The notes beneath the pieces were generated by a model. That model searched no databases. It saw only the letters and a program-made list of their open reading frames with translations, and was not told where the DNA came from. 64,000 nucleotides of DNA from an uncultured virus (IMG/VR IMGVR_UViG_3300045912_000307) (lineage: Duplodnaviria > Heunggongvirae > Uroviricota > Caudoviricetes), in IMG/VR virus record IMGVR_UViG_3300045912_000307, one strand, 5' to 3'. The stretch's first letter is position 1; each line of letters begins with the position of its first letter. Both the position numbers and the translations under genes were made by a program. Positions 8,203 to 17,731 of this stretch are shown here, one piece after another.

Positions 8203-8732
8203 AAAACTTAATTAAAGAGCTAGTAGAGCTCAACTATCAAGTCTTTGAACTCAACAATGAGTATTCTATCTGCGAAACTAAAGATGGTTTCAATGAAGAA
8301 GTAGGTCGTTTAATCAAAGACGACAATGACATTGTTTACTACATGCCTACAGGTACTATTGTAAATTCTGTTGAGGATGTAGTAAAAGAAATTCAAACTG
8401 CTAAATCATCTCCTGTTTCTATTACTTCTAGACTTACTAATACTGTAAGTAAAGAAGTAGTTAATCGTTACACTAAAAGTATTAATGTCTCTAACTTGTT
8501 TTATAAAGAGAATACTGATAGTGTAATGTTTATTAAAGGAGATGAAGTAGTGTCCTCTGATAACACTTTAGAATCAATAGTTGATGTAACTAACATGAGA
8601 ACTATTGAATTACTAATGTGTATATCACCAAGTTTACCTCTTTTAAAGAAGATTAAGGATACTGATTGCTATAAAGACTTTAAACAAGAATTAATCAGTG
8701 TTCTTGAGAATCTTCTTGAAACACTTAAATAA
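8199..8732 (+). CDS. hypothetical protein
   Basis: ATGA overlap with the upstream gene. Confidence 0.75.
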   Translation: MKNLIKELVELNYQVFELNNEYSICETKDGFNEEVGRLIKDDNDIVYYMPTGTIVNSVEDVVKEIQTAKSSPVSITSRLTNTVSKEVVNRYTKSINVSNLFYKENTDSVMFIKGDEVVSSDNTLESIVDVTNMRTIELLMCISPSLPLLKKIKDTDCYKDFKQELISVLENLLETLK

Positions 8733-8740
8733 CTAGTAAT

Positions 8741-8776
8741 AAGTAAGGGTAGGTTTATACTTACCCTTACTTTTTA
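8741..8776 (+). terminator. intrinsic terminator
   Basis: AAGTAAGGGTAGG/CTTACCCTTACTT stem followed by a T tract. Confidence 0.7.
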
Positions 8777-8787
8777 ATTTAAATACT

Positions 8788-9786
8788 ATGGAAAAAAGAA
8801 TTAAAGAATTGTTATTAAAAGTTATTCCCAATTCTCTTATTGAAGCTCTTTATGACGATAATGGTATTACAGCTACAGAAGCAAATACTAATGCTAATAA
8901 TGCTGCTAATCAACTGTATAATGTAATTAAGAATAGTAATAAAACTGATAGTGTTTATCAAGTTAAAGAGACTATAATCTTTACTAATGGCAATCCTGAT
9001 AGAGTTAAAGTAAATAGTCAACAAAAATTAACTAAAGAAATTATTGATAAAACTTGTAAAGAAATTAAATCAGGAACTTTAGGTAGAATTGCTGTTAATT
9101 ATAAGAAAAATGTCTTGATTCAAAGACTTAAAAAGCTTAAAGATCAAGATATGTTAGGAGAAGTTTTAGGTATTAAACGTCCTGTAATTGAAGAACTAGA
9201 TTACCCTGTTTTAAAAAGTGTTCTTGTAGAAAAAGGTAAAGACTTACAACAATACTTTGAAGAGTTAGAAAATGGAGATAAAGAATGTGATCAATTACTT
9301 ACAGATCTTATTCCTGAAGTGTTTGAAGACTTTAGTTCACAAGAGATTAAAGAAGGTTTAAGTAATGGAATTAAAGCAGCTTTCTTAGGTAAACTAATTA
9401 ATAGTAGAGATTCATTTGTATCTCGTTTACAAACACTTCCTACTGGTGAATGGAATCATAGTTCTAAGACAGAGCAGAATTATATTATTGAAACTTGTAA
9501 TATCCCATTGTATTCTAATGAAGAAGCTACTGATCTTATAAGCTTTATTCAAACTGAGTATAGAAATAGTCAACAGAAATATAATGCCTTGTTAGCTAAA
9601 ATTAAAGACAAAGCTACTAGTCTTCAAAATAAGTTTAATAAAGAGTTCTTTAGGTTACAACAAGAAAGAAACACTAAAGTAAAAGAATATCAAAATGCAC
9701 TTAATCTTTACAATACTGAAGTAAATAACATTTATGAAGAACTTGTAAAAGCAGTGCAGACTATTAAGATTGCTTATAATAAGTAA
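8788..9786 (+). CDS. coiled-coil hypothetical protein
   Basis: 332 aa; N-terminal GITATEAN.NAN.A motif and long C-terminal helical region. Confidence 0.8.
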   Translation: MEKRIKELLLKVIPNSLIEALYDDNGITATEANTNANNAANQLYNVIKNSNKTDSVYQVKETIIFTNGNPDRVKVNSQQKLTKEIIDKTCKEIKSGTLGRIAVNYKKNVLIQRLKKLKDQDMLGEVLGIKRPVIEELDYPVLKSVLVEKGKDLQQYFEELENGDKECDQLLTDLIPEVFEDFSSQEIKEGLSNGIKAAFLGKLINSRDSFVSRLQTLPTGEWNHSSKTEQNYIIETCNIPLYSNEEATDLISFIQTEYRNSQQKYNALLAKIKDKATSLQNKFNKEFFRLQQERNTKVKEYQNALNLYNTEVNNIYEELVKAVQTIKIAYNK

Positions 9787-9794
9787 TTTTAATA

Positions 9795-9984
9795 AATACA
9801 AATTGCCTCGTAAGTATAAGAGTGATAGTCTGATCCTTATTAGGATTACCATACTCTTGTAACTACGGATCTTCTCAAACATTTATAAATGCTATAGTTA
9901 TTGTTATTGAGAGAAGATCGTTATGGTTATAGTTATTGTATGGTTATAGTTAATTCTACTCTTATACTACGAGGTATTTGTATT
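9795..9984 (+). ncRNA. structured RNA candidate with GTTATN repeats
   Basis: ~27-bp closing stem 9795-9823/9958-9984, several inner stems, about 7 GTTATN-like units. Confidence 0.6.
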
Positions 9985-10001
9985 AAAACTAAATTGAAAG
10001 A

Positions 10002-10229
10002 ATGGGAATTGTAGATTTCTTTAAATGGTTCTTTAATGATGATTATCAAAAGTATCATCTTAAAGGATTAAGAGATGGTGAGTGGTATGATCTTGGTGTT
10101 GATCTTTTAACTCCTTCTGAATTAAGAAACATTCAGAAAAATTGGGAGAAATTGAGTATCAAAACATTACCTCTTACTAAGGAAGATAAAGAAGTAATTG
10201 AAAGAGAAAAGAAAAGAAGAAAGAAATAA
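10002..10229 (+). CDS. hypothetical protein
   Basis: 75-aa ORF. Confidence 0.65.
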   Translation: MGIVDFFKWFFNDDYQKYHLKGLRDGEWYDLGVDLLTPSELRNIQKNWEKLSIKTLPLTKEDKEVIEREKKRRKK

Positions 10230-10285
10230 AGTAATAAAGAATTATAGTCATTTATTAAACAATAATATTTTCACTAGAATAACTA

Positions 10286-10387
10286 ATGAGTTCAGATATT
10301 ATTGTAGGGTGTATTGTTACACTCGTAATAACATATACAATATATGCAGTTATTTACGCTGCATTTATTGATAAAAGAAAATACTAA
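10286..10387 (+). CDS. small single-TM peptide (not in ORF track)
   Basis: 33 aa MSSDIIVGCIVTLVITYTIYAVIYAAFIDKRKY. Confidence 0.5.
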   Translation: MSSDIIVGCIVTLVITYTIYAVIYAAFIDKRKY

Positions 10388-10473
10388 TTACTTATTAAAC
10401 AATTTACATTATCAATAACTTAATAATACAATAAAACTATAAAAACAATTTATTAACCATTAAATATTTAACT

Positions 10474-10941
10474 ATGGGATCTCATACATGGTTCTACAGA
10501 AAACTAAAAGATGTCAATCGTGAAATTTTAATCACAGACATTATAGAACAAACAAATAAACTAATTCCTGAATTTGAAAACAGTAGTAATCCTGACGATC
10601 AAGATTATGCTAACTGGCTTAAAGCTTTAAGAAAATCAGTTAAGCAAAACGTTAACAACCTTACAGTATTACCTGATAAACTACTTGAAGATTACTACTT
10701 AATTGCTTATTCAGGAATAGTTAGATTTCACAATAATGCTTTATATGTTACAGATGGAGTAAGGTACCATGATTTATTTAGAAGACTAGATTATCCGGAC
10801 GATGTAATTACTTCTTATGAAGATGCTATAAAGTATATAGAAAATCCTAATAATGAAGTAGTACAAGTTGTGGATAATTGTTATGACTTACTTAAACAAT
10901 TTTGGACAGAATTTCCTGACGGTATAATTGCTTTTGAATGA
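10474..10941 (+). CDS. hypothetical phage protein
   Basis: MGSHTWFY...YHDLFR...FWTEFPDGII.F. Confidence 0.8.
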   Translation: MGSHTWFYRKLKDVNREILITDIIEQTNKLIPEFENSSNPDDQDYANWLKALRKSVKQNVNNLTVLPDKLLEDYYLIAYSGIVRFHNNALYVTDGVRYHDLFRRLDYPDDVITSYEDAIKYIENPNNEVVQVVDNCYDLLKQFWTEFPDGIIAFE

Positions 10942-11081
10942 TTGATACACCAACGTTAAAAGTAGTACAACATACTACTGAAATTTCAAGTAGTTTGTTA
11001 TTGGGAATGCTAACGCTTATTTTATTAAGTGTTTCAATCTACTACACATTGAATAGTAAAAAAGATAATAACAACTTATAA
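10938..11081 (+). CDS. small single-TM peptide (not in ORF track)
   Basis: 47 aa, ATGA-coupled, hydrophobic LLLGMLTLILLSVSIYY. Confidence 0.5.
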   Translation: MIDTPTLKVVQHTTEISSSLLLGMLTLILLSVSIYYTLNSKKDNNNL

Positions 11082-11100
11082 CAAACTACAGTAAAGTTTA

Positions 11101-11143
11101 AATAAAAAGATACAGGGTGTTATACTCTGTATCTTTTTATTTT
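11101..11143 (+). terminator. intrinsic (possibly bidirectional) terminator
   Basis: 19-bp inverted repeat with A and T tracts. Confidence 0.7.
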
Positions 11144-11222
11144 GTTGAGAATTTTATACCCCCTGCTTATTTTTCAACGAGAAAAACTAAAACTAAACAC
11201 TAGACACTATGACAGATTAATC

Positions 11223-11759
11223 ATGAACAAAAGTGAATACGCAAAACAATACAAGCAATGTAAAAACCATAATGATAAGTTAAACTTAGCAGTACAAATA
11301 CTACTTAACTGTAATAGAAATAAAAGGGTAGATTATTTATTTGGAATAGATGATTATGAATCCTACAATAAAAGTTTTGAAACAGAATTATCAGCATTGT
11401 ATTATGTAATTCAAGACTATAATAAGAAAACAGGAATATCAAGTCTAGACTACATATCAATGAATGCAGCAATGGCTTATTTTCACTATAAGACAAAAAA
11501 AGATTACACTAACGAAAGAAATACAATAAGACTTTACTTCGAGTTATATGGATTATATACTTTGAGAAGTATAATGAAAAATGAAAAAGTAAATAGCTAT
11601 ATAAACTATTGCTGTGAAAATAATAAAGTAACAGTAACATTTATTATTCAAGTTAAAATAGACTCTTATCCTTTATACTTAACTGTACCAGATTCTACTT
11701 TTGAAATAGTTAGAGTACAAAATAATAAAGAAGAAGAGTTTATAGTAAAACGTGTTTGA
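11223..11759 (+). CDS. hypothetical protein
   Basis: ATG at 11223 preferred. Confidence 0.7.
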   Translation: MNKSEYAKQYKQCKNHNDKLNLAVQILLNCNRNKRVDYLFGIDDYESYNKSFETELSALYYVIQDYNKKTGISSLDYISMNAAMAYFHYKTKKDYTNERNTIRLYFELYGLYTLRSIMKNEKVNSYINYCCENNKVTVTFIIQVKIDSYPLYLTVPDSTFEIVRVQNNKEEEFIVKRV

Positions 11760-11804
11760 AAATCTTATCGCATTTACTTAACATATTAACTCTCATTATG
11801 ATCA

Positions 11805-12032
11805 ATGACTAACAATAGTACTGAAATAAGTTGTAAGTATAAAACTTATTTCAACACAGAATCAAAGTACTATTTAGTGAGAAGTATTTACAAAAATCAA
11901 AAACTTTTTATACTTATTACTAAAAATAAAACTAATAATATTATTGAACACTTTTTTTGGTTAATAGCTACTGATACAATGATGTATAAAACGAAAATAA
12001 ACTCTTTAAGTCAACATTTAAAGTATGAATAG
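11805..12032 (+). CDS. hypothetical protein
   Basis: 75-aa ORF. Confidence 0.5.
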   Translation: MTNNSTEISCKYKTYFNTESKYYLVRSIYKNQKLFILITKNKTNNIIEHFFWLIATDTMMYKTKINSLSQHLKYE

Positions 12033-12084
12033 CTATTAACTATTGAATTCATTAATTTTATTATTAACCTAAAAACTAACTACA

Positions 12085-12378
12085 ATGATTGAAATGAACA
12101 ACCAAAATCCAGTTCAACAAACAGAAAACGTATTTCACGTTATTGTAAACACACAAAACAAACCTTTTACTTGGTTTAATATTCGTTCAAAAGAAACAGC
12201 TATTATTGTAGCAAGAATGATTGACTACATGAATAATGGTAAAACAATTGTTCTTGATAAAAAAGATAAAGACTACAAACTCTTAATCTTTATTCGTAAC
12301 ATCTATCGGAAATTCTTACGAAATAACACTCCTGTAGATGTTAGAATAAACGATGAAGTAATGTTTTCATACAAATAA
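12085..12378 (+). CDS. hypothetical protein
   Basis: 97-aa ORF. Confidence 0.7.
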   Translation: MIEMNNQNPVQQTENVFHVIVNTQNKPFTWFNIRSKETAIIVARMIDYMNNGKTIVLDKKDKDYKLLIFIRNIYRKFLRNNTPVDVRINDEVMFSYK

Positions 12379-12531
12379 CCACTTATAGTTGTTTATAACT
12401 ATTTGATTAACTATAAGTAAACATTGGTAACTTACTTAACTATTGCAATCGGAGTAATGATTTATTCAGCAGTATATCTTATGTCCGATTTTGATTCTGA
12501 ATAACATTTTATCACTTTAAAACTCTTAACT

Positions 12532-13299
12532 ATGAAAATCAGCAGTATTAAAAATGTAACTATTGTTACTGACAAAGTAGATCTTAGCAACTACCGTAAA
12601 CTCTCAACTAAAGAGTTTAAGTATTATCCTGAAATTCTTCGCAAAGCTATTGTTTCTTCTATAAACTTTAGTGAAGCGATTGATAAAGGTGGTATTAAAG
12701 TAGGTAGAACCATTCTTGGTGGTAGTGCTATGAATGTACTTATTAGCAAAGACTGCACACACGCATTATGGAGAGACAAAAATGATACTTTACAAATAAA
12801 AGTATCATTTACTGATGATTTTGTTGATGCTAAAGCTAAGTCTTACTTAGACTTTATTGAGAAAAACAAATCACTACTAAACGTAACAGGTACATTAGTA
12901 CTATTTACAGAGTATAACACTGGTGATGTTTATACTCAATTTGTTAGTTGTGCTAGTGTTGAAGATGGAGCAATTACAAGCTGGCATTTAATTAACGGTT
13001 CTAGTAATGCTAAATCTATTATAGAATCTAACTTCTTTGCTGAAGGAGATATGTCTAATGAACAATATCAAAATTTAGTAAAAGGAAGTAGATTGAGTTA
13101 CGAAATTGTCAAGTACAATGTTAAACACGATTTCATGATTAAACTCATTAAAAATGAGCGTTGGGAAATTGAATGTTACAGAGTAATTGACAATAAACCA
13201 GTAATGGTAGATTGTGCTATTGCTATGGACCATTTTAAAGAATTTGTAGATAACTCTGATGAGTTGTCTATTTTTAAAGTAGCTATGGGAAATATTTAA
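12532..13299 (+). CDS. hypothetical protein
   Basis: 255-aa ORF, AACT-ATG. Confidence 0.8.
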   Translation: MKISSIKNVTIVTDKVDLSNYRKLSTKEFKYYPEILRKAIVSSINFSEAIDKGGIKVGRTILGGSAMNVLISKDCTHALWRDKNDTLQIKVSFTDDFVDAKAKSYLDFIEKNKSLLNVTGTLVLFTEYNTGDVYTQFVSCASVEDGAITSWHLINGSSNAKSIIESNFFAEGDMSNEQYQNLVKGSRLSYEIVKYNVKHDFMIKLIKNERWEIECYRVIDNKPVMVDCAIAMDHFKEFVDNSDELSIFKVAMGNI

Positions 13300-13300
13300 T

Positions 13301-13338
13301 AAGAGTACAGCAGGGGTAATACTCTGCTGTACTTTTTT
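13301..13338 (+). terminator. intrinsic terminator
   Basis: AGTACAGCAGGG/CTCTGCTGTACT stem followed by a T tract. Confidence 0.75.
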
Positions 13339-13366
13339 ATTATTAACTATTAACTATTAACTAGTT

Positions 13367-13762
13367 ATGAAAACTTTAATAGTAATTATTACAGTGCTTT
13401 TATCAGCACTTTGTTGTCAAGCACAAACTTTTATTGCAAAGGATCATTATCATGTTTATAAGGGAGAAAAGTTTAAATTAGATTTAGACTGGCCTATTAC
13501 TAAAGCTACAATAGATGATCAATATATTTATGTAGATGGTAATTATGGTGAGTTTATATTAAATATGATAGATGAAAAAACAGTTATCACAGAATCTATT
13601 GGATTAACTGAATTAGAAGGTCTATATACTTTGTTTGCAGTATTTAGTGAACAAAAAACTATTGTAGTACTTAATGTAGATAAAGATAAAGGATTAGTAA
13701 TTACTCATTTGATTATATTACTTGATGTGTATGATGGGATGTTATCTGTAACAGAATTTTAA
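13367..13762 (+). CDS. secreted protein, paralog of 14329-14712
   Basis: Signal peptide A|Q; shared WPITK, G.YG/FG, SIG..E.E and C-terminal EF. Confidence 0.75.
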   Translation: MKTLIVIITVLLSALCCQAQTFIAKDHYHVYKGEKFKLDLDWPITKATIDDQYIYVDGNYGEFILNMIDEKTVITESIGLTELEGLYTLFAVFSEQKTIVVLNVDKDKGLVITHLIILLDVYDGMLSVTEF

Positions 13763-13765
13763 CCC

Positions 13766-13867
13766 TATAAGCTTCAAATTTGGCTTTTAAGACACTTTAA
13801 ATTACCAGTAGTAGTATTATACTATAAATTAATTATAAGCGCTTAAAAACGAAATTTAGAGCTTATA
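13766..13867. repeat. structured intergenic element, copy 2
   Basis: TATAAGCTT/GAGCTTATA terminal inverted repeat; TTTTAAGACACTTTAAATT...AATTATAAGCGCTTAAAA core. Confidence 0.7.
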
Positions 13868-13881
13868 CAACCATCTTAACC

Positions 13882-14304
13882 ATGAAAAGTTTATTATTAT
13901 TTTTACTATTACTTATTAAACATAACTATACTAAAGCCCAATCAGCTTATAGTGTAAGTAACTATTATGCTATTGAATACAGAAATAACACTAGAAAATA
14001 TAATAGCATACCTACACCTATTATAATAGGTGCAATAGTTAACAATAATCATATTAAAATACTAAGTAAAAATGGTGATGTAGAAGTTAATCTTGATACC
14101 TGTATTACTAAAACAACTAAGACTATTCAAGAGAAAGAATGGGAAAGCGATAATAGTTACTTTGTATTACTAGCTAAATCTAAAAACTTTATAATTAATT
14201 ATACTAAGTATAACAATCAAATAGTACCTGTTAGAATTATTATGAAAGTTACTAAAGATGAAAACAAAGTACTATTTGTATATGAACTAGAAAGTATTAA
14301 ATAA
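13882..14304 (+). CDS. secreted protein
   Basis: Signal peptide KA|Q. Confidence 0.7.
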   Translation: MKSLLLFLLLLIKHNYTKAQSAYSVSNYYAIEYRNNTRKYNSIPTPIIIGAIVNNNHIKILSKNGDVEVNLDTCITKTTKTIQEKEWESDNSYFVLLAKSKNFIINYTKYNNQIVPVRIIMKVTKDENKVLFVYELESIK

Positions 14305-14328
14305 CTATTAATAACTAAATCAATCATT

Positions 14329-14712
14329 ATGAAAACCTTTTTTGTAGTTATCGCTTTATTAACAAGCGTTATTGCTAATGCACAAATATTTAGTGCAAGA
14401 GACTTTTACTATATTGATAGTAGAGGTAAAATTCCTGCTACATCTGGTTGGCCTATCACTAAAATAGGTTTATTTCAAGATAAAGTAGCTATTTATGGAG
14501 AATTTGGAGTAAGATATATTGATTCTGAAGATCTTAAAATAGTAAAGAGTATTGGTGTTCCTGAATGGGAACATCCTAACGTATGGTTTATTGTTTGTGA
14601 TAAAGGAGATTTTAGACTCAGAATTATGGTTGTTAAAGATGAGTATAAAAGAATCATTCCTATCAGAGCAATATTTGTTAATGATAATTTCTTATCAATC
14701 ATGGAGTTTTAA
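14329..14712 (+). CDS. secreted protein, paralog of 13367-13762
   Basis: Signal peptide ANA|Q; shared motifs. Confidence 0.75.
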   Translation: MKTFFVVIALLTSVIANAQIFSARDFYYIDSRGKIPATSGWPITKIGLFQDKVAIYGEFGVRYIDSEDLKIVKSIGVPEWEHPNVWFIVCDKGDFRLRIMVVKDEYKRIIPIRAIFVNDNFLSIMEF

Positions 14713-14907
14713 TGTTAAAGATTAAGTGGATAAAAGCTTATAAAAGTAGAAGAAAATATACTTATGCTTTTAAAAAAGCTAGAATATCAATTATTAGTGC
14801 AAAAGATTACTTAAGCGCTTTAAATACTTATAATGACTACTTTTTAGCTATTGCTAAGTATAGTGAATACAAATAATAATTTAACTTGTATAGACATATA
14901 AGTAAAA

Positions 14908-14959
14908 TAATCTACTGCTTATTTCTAGTTATAGTTATCATTAAATAAGCAGTAGATTA
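14908..14959. repeat. 17-bp perfect inverted repeat
   Basis: TAATCTACTGCTTATTT/AAATAAGCAGTAGATTA; 18-nt loop contains GTTATAGTTAT. Confidence 0.7.
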
Positions 14960-15022
14960 CTCCATGGTATTAATTAACAAATAAATATTTAAAAATTATA
15001 TGAAACTAGTAAATTTTAAACT

Positions 15023-15727
15023 ATGACATTGTTATACAAGTCAGTATTATATACTGATTCTCCAGAATTAATGACACCTGAACAAGTAGAATATTTAAAT
15101 TACTTAAGAGTAAGTAACTACTTGACTCAAGAAAATATTGATTTAGCTTATGCTGAATGTAATAGCTTTGATGAAATGTTAGTAGCTCATCATTTTTCTC
15201 TTTATGATCCTAATGCTACAAATACTAGTGAAATAATTAAGTACCATACTATAGAATCACCAATAGAGTTATACTATTATAATGATACTCTTGTCAATTT
15301 AAAAAACTTTAGTAAAAAAGAAATCATTGATTTAATAAATAAAGATCTTTTAGTTAAAAGGCCTAATTCTGAATATATCAAGTTTAAGTTTATTCAGATT
15401 TCAGATGAAAGACTAAAAGTACTTTTTTTATTTGAGAGTACTCTTACTAAAGCTCAAACTGAAATGATTGAAAAGTATATGAATGAGTATTATAATTACG
15501 CTGAAAAAACTTACAGAAATAAAGATGGTAGCTTAGATGAAAATTCAGTTAAAGAGTTTCTTTCTTATCATTGTTATTATGGTTTAGATGAAGATGAACC
15601 TAAAGCTGCATTTACTAATCATAGAGTGAAAGAGTTCTTCAATACATTTATATTTGAACCTAGACAAGCATATCGTCTAGTTGAAAATTTAATGATTGAA
15701 GCTATTAATGAAAAAGAAAATAATTAA
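15023..15727 (+). CDS. hypothetical protein
   Basis: 234-aa ORF. Confidence 0.8.
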   Translation: MTLLYKSVLYTDSPELMTPEQVEYLNYLRVSNYLTQENIDLAYAECNSFDEMLVAHHFSLYDPNATNTSEIIKYHTIESPIELYYYNDTLVNLKNFSKKEIIDLINKDLLVKRPNSEYIKFKFIQISDERLKVLFLFESTLTKAQTEMIEKYMNEYYNYAEKTYRNKDGSLDENSVKEFLSYHCYYGLDEDEPKAAFTNHRVKEFFNTFIFEPRQAYRLVENLMIEAINEKENN

Positions 15728-15936
15728 TGAGAAGAAAAAAGATTAAAAATAAGTTACCTAATCGTAATAATGGCGTTCTTATTACTTGTGTTAGAAGTGG
15801 AGATTATCAAGAAATTGATGCTATTATTACAGATAATACACATAATGTTTTAATTGAATATATTGTAGAGTATTTTATTTATAGGAAAAAGTATGTTAAA
15901 GAATTTAATTATCATCACGGTATTTCTTTTAACTAG
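15727..15936 (+). CDS. hypothetical protein
   Basis: TAATG-coupled ORF. Confidence 0.6.
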   Translation: MRRKKIKNKLPNRNNGVLITCVRSGDYQEIDAIITDNTHNVLIEYIVEYFIYRKKYVKEFNYHHGISFN

Positions 15937-16294
15937 TTGTAAATCTATTATTATTTACGACAATAAAGCAAGATACTATAATAAAAAACATACTTTAAGT
16001 AACTTAATTAGTTATAATTTGTACTGTAGTGTTAATCTTTGTAAACTGGTATTTGAAATTAATTATAGAAAAAATATTAATAATATTAATAAAGTACTAC
16101 TAGTATCAGATAATAAAATTATATTAATGACTTATGACAGTAATAAAGATTACTTTTATACTTACATAACTCAAGTTTCATACTCAGATATTAAAACCAT
16201 ACATGTTTACTATTTAGATAAAAACACTAAAAGTAAATCACATGTAATAAATAATTTACAATCTCTCAACAAAAACATCAAGAACATTTTATGA
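15893..16294 (+). CDS. putative lipoprotein
   Basis: Lipobox LLTS|C. Confidence 0.65.
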   Translation: MLKNLIIITVFLLTSCKSIIIYDNKARYYNKKHTLSNLISYNLYCSVNLCKLVFEINYRKNINNINKVLLVSDNKIILMTYDSNKDYFYTYITQVSYSDIKTIHVYYLDKNTKSKSHVINNLQSLNKNIKNIL

Positions 16295-16695
16295 AACTAT
16301 TAATTATTATTCTTAGTGTTATTGCAAATATTGCATATTCACAAACTACTCATAATTTGATAATTAAATATAGTTACAATGTAGATACTATAGATAATGA
16401 ATCTAAAAAACTACTGTATAGTCTTTTAGAACAGTATAAACCTGATAATATAGATATAGTTATTGAATGTTCTTCTTGTCCTATTGGAACTGAAGATTAT
16501 AACTATGATCTTGTAAATAGAAGACTTAAATACTTAACTAAAACTATTCGTAACTACTATAATCTATCTACACTTAGAATTGAAGTAATTAATAATGGTG
16601 AAGGGTTAAGTATTAATGATCGTAAATGTGTAATAAGTATAACTAGTTATACTGAGTTTATTAATCAAAAAAAGCTTTACATAATCTTTAACTAA
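16291..16695 (+). CDS. secreted degenerate OmpA-C-like protein
   Basis: Signal peptide; C.IG.EDYN.DL.NRR, NGEG, DRK.VI motifs. Confidence 0.65.
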   Translation: MKLLIIILSVIANIAYSQTTHNLIIKYSYNVDTIDNESKKLLYSLLEQYKPDNIDIVIECSSCPIGTEDYNYDLVNRRLKYLTKTIRNYYNLSTLRIEVINNGEGLSINDRKCVISITSYTEFINQKKLYIIFN

Positions 16696-16706
16696 AATTC
16701 TTGAAT

Positions 16707-17489
16707 ATGCTAGTACCTAGAAAAAACAATAGATTAGAAGTATTTAAAGCTAATCTTTCATACAAGTGGGAACACTTTAAGTATTATGTAGCTACTAATA
16801 AATTTAAAGTGTTTATGACATTAGTAGCAATAATTTTATTATATCTTGCTTATACAAAAACTCATTTCTATTTGCATTTTAGTTTTGGAACACCTGTTAA
16901 AGGAATGAGTAATAAAAATAATGAATTTAAAGTTAGTACAGATTCTACACTTCTTATAGGTAATCCTGGTAATCCTATAGGTAATGGCTTAACTGATAGT
17001 GAAAAAAGACTAGCAGAAAAATTAAACGTAACCAACTTTGATAATGAAGATAAAATAGCAGCTAGTATTGCTTATATTGAAAAGTACAAAGATTTGGCAT
17101 TGAGCATTCAACGTGAACATAATATTCCTGCTTCTATTACACTAGCACAAGGTATTATTGAATCTAACGCTGGTCGTAGTGCTTTAGCTAAGTTAGAGAA
17201 CAATCATTTTGGCATTAAGTGTAAAGCTAAATGTTATAAATGTAGATGTGCTAACTATGCTGATGATGATAAATGGGATATGTTTAGAATCTTTAATAGT
17301 CCTGAAGAATCTTATGAAGAACGTACTAGACTTTTAAAAGGAGATAGATATAAACATCTTTTGAAACTTAATGTTAAAGATTATAAATCTTGGGCATATG
17401 GTCTTAAAAAAGCTGGTTATGCTACAGATAAATATTATGCTGAGAAACTTATAAAAATTGTCGAACGTTTTAAACTTCATGAACTATGA
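16707..17489 (+). CDS. GH73 glucosaminidase/muramidase with N-terminal TM anchor
   Basis: ITLAQGIIES, NNHFGIK and GYATD.YYA.KL motifs. Confidence 0.9.
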   Translation: MLVPRKNNRLEVFKANLSYKWEHFKYYVATNKFKVFMTLVAIILLYLAYTKTHFYLHFSFGTPVKGMSNKNNEFKVSTDSTLLIGNPGNPIGNGLTDSEKRLAEKLNVTNFDNEDKIAASIAYIEKYKDLALSIQREHNIPASITLAQGIIESNAGRSALAKLENNHFGIKCKAKCYKCRCANYADDDKWDMFRIFNSPEESYEERTRLLKGDRYKHLLKLNVKDYKSWAYGLKKAGYATDKYYAEKLIKIVERFKLHEL

Positions 17490-17731
17490 AATACTTAAAA
17501 GTATTAGTTGTTTTACTATTACTAAGTTCTTGTATTACTTTTAATGAAGGTAGAGAATACTTTACTTATAGTGTAGATTTAGAAACTAAAAAACTATACA
17601 ACTCTACTAAGCATTTGTGTATATACGAGTTACGTAATAAACTTGTTAATCATCCTAAAGGAAACATTGTTTATCAACTAAGAATGCTAGAATATGAAAT
17701 GGATATTGATACCGTTGCTTGTCCTAATTAA
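17486..17731 (+). CDS. putative lipoprotein
   Basis: Lipobox LLSS|C. Confidence 0.65.
   Translation: MKYLKVLVVLLLLSSCITFNEGREYFTYSVDLETKKLYNSTKHLCIYELRNKLVNHPKGNIVYQLRMLEYEMDIDTVACPN

Noticed and set aside
9890..9955. GTTATN repeats as a CRISPR array
   Set aside because: Units are 5-6 nt with no spacers; no CRISPR repeat-spacer structure was seen anywhere in the window.
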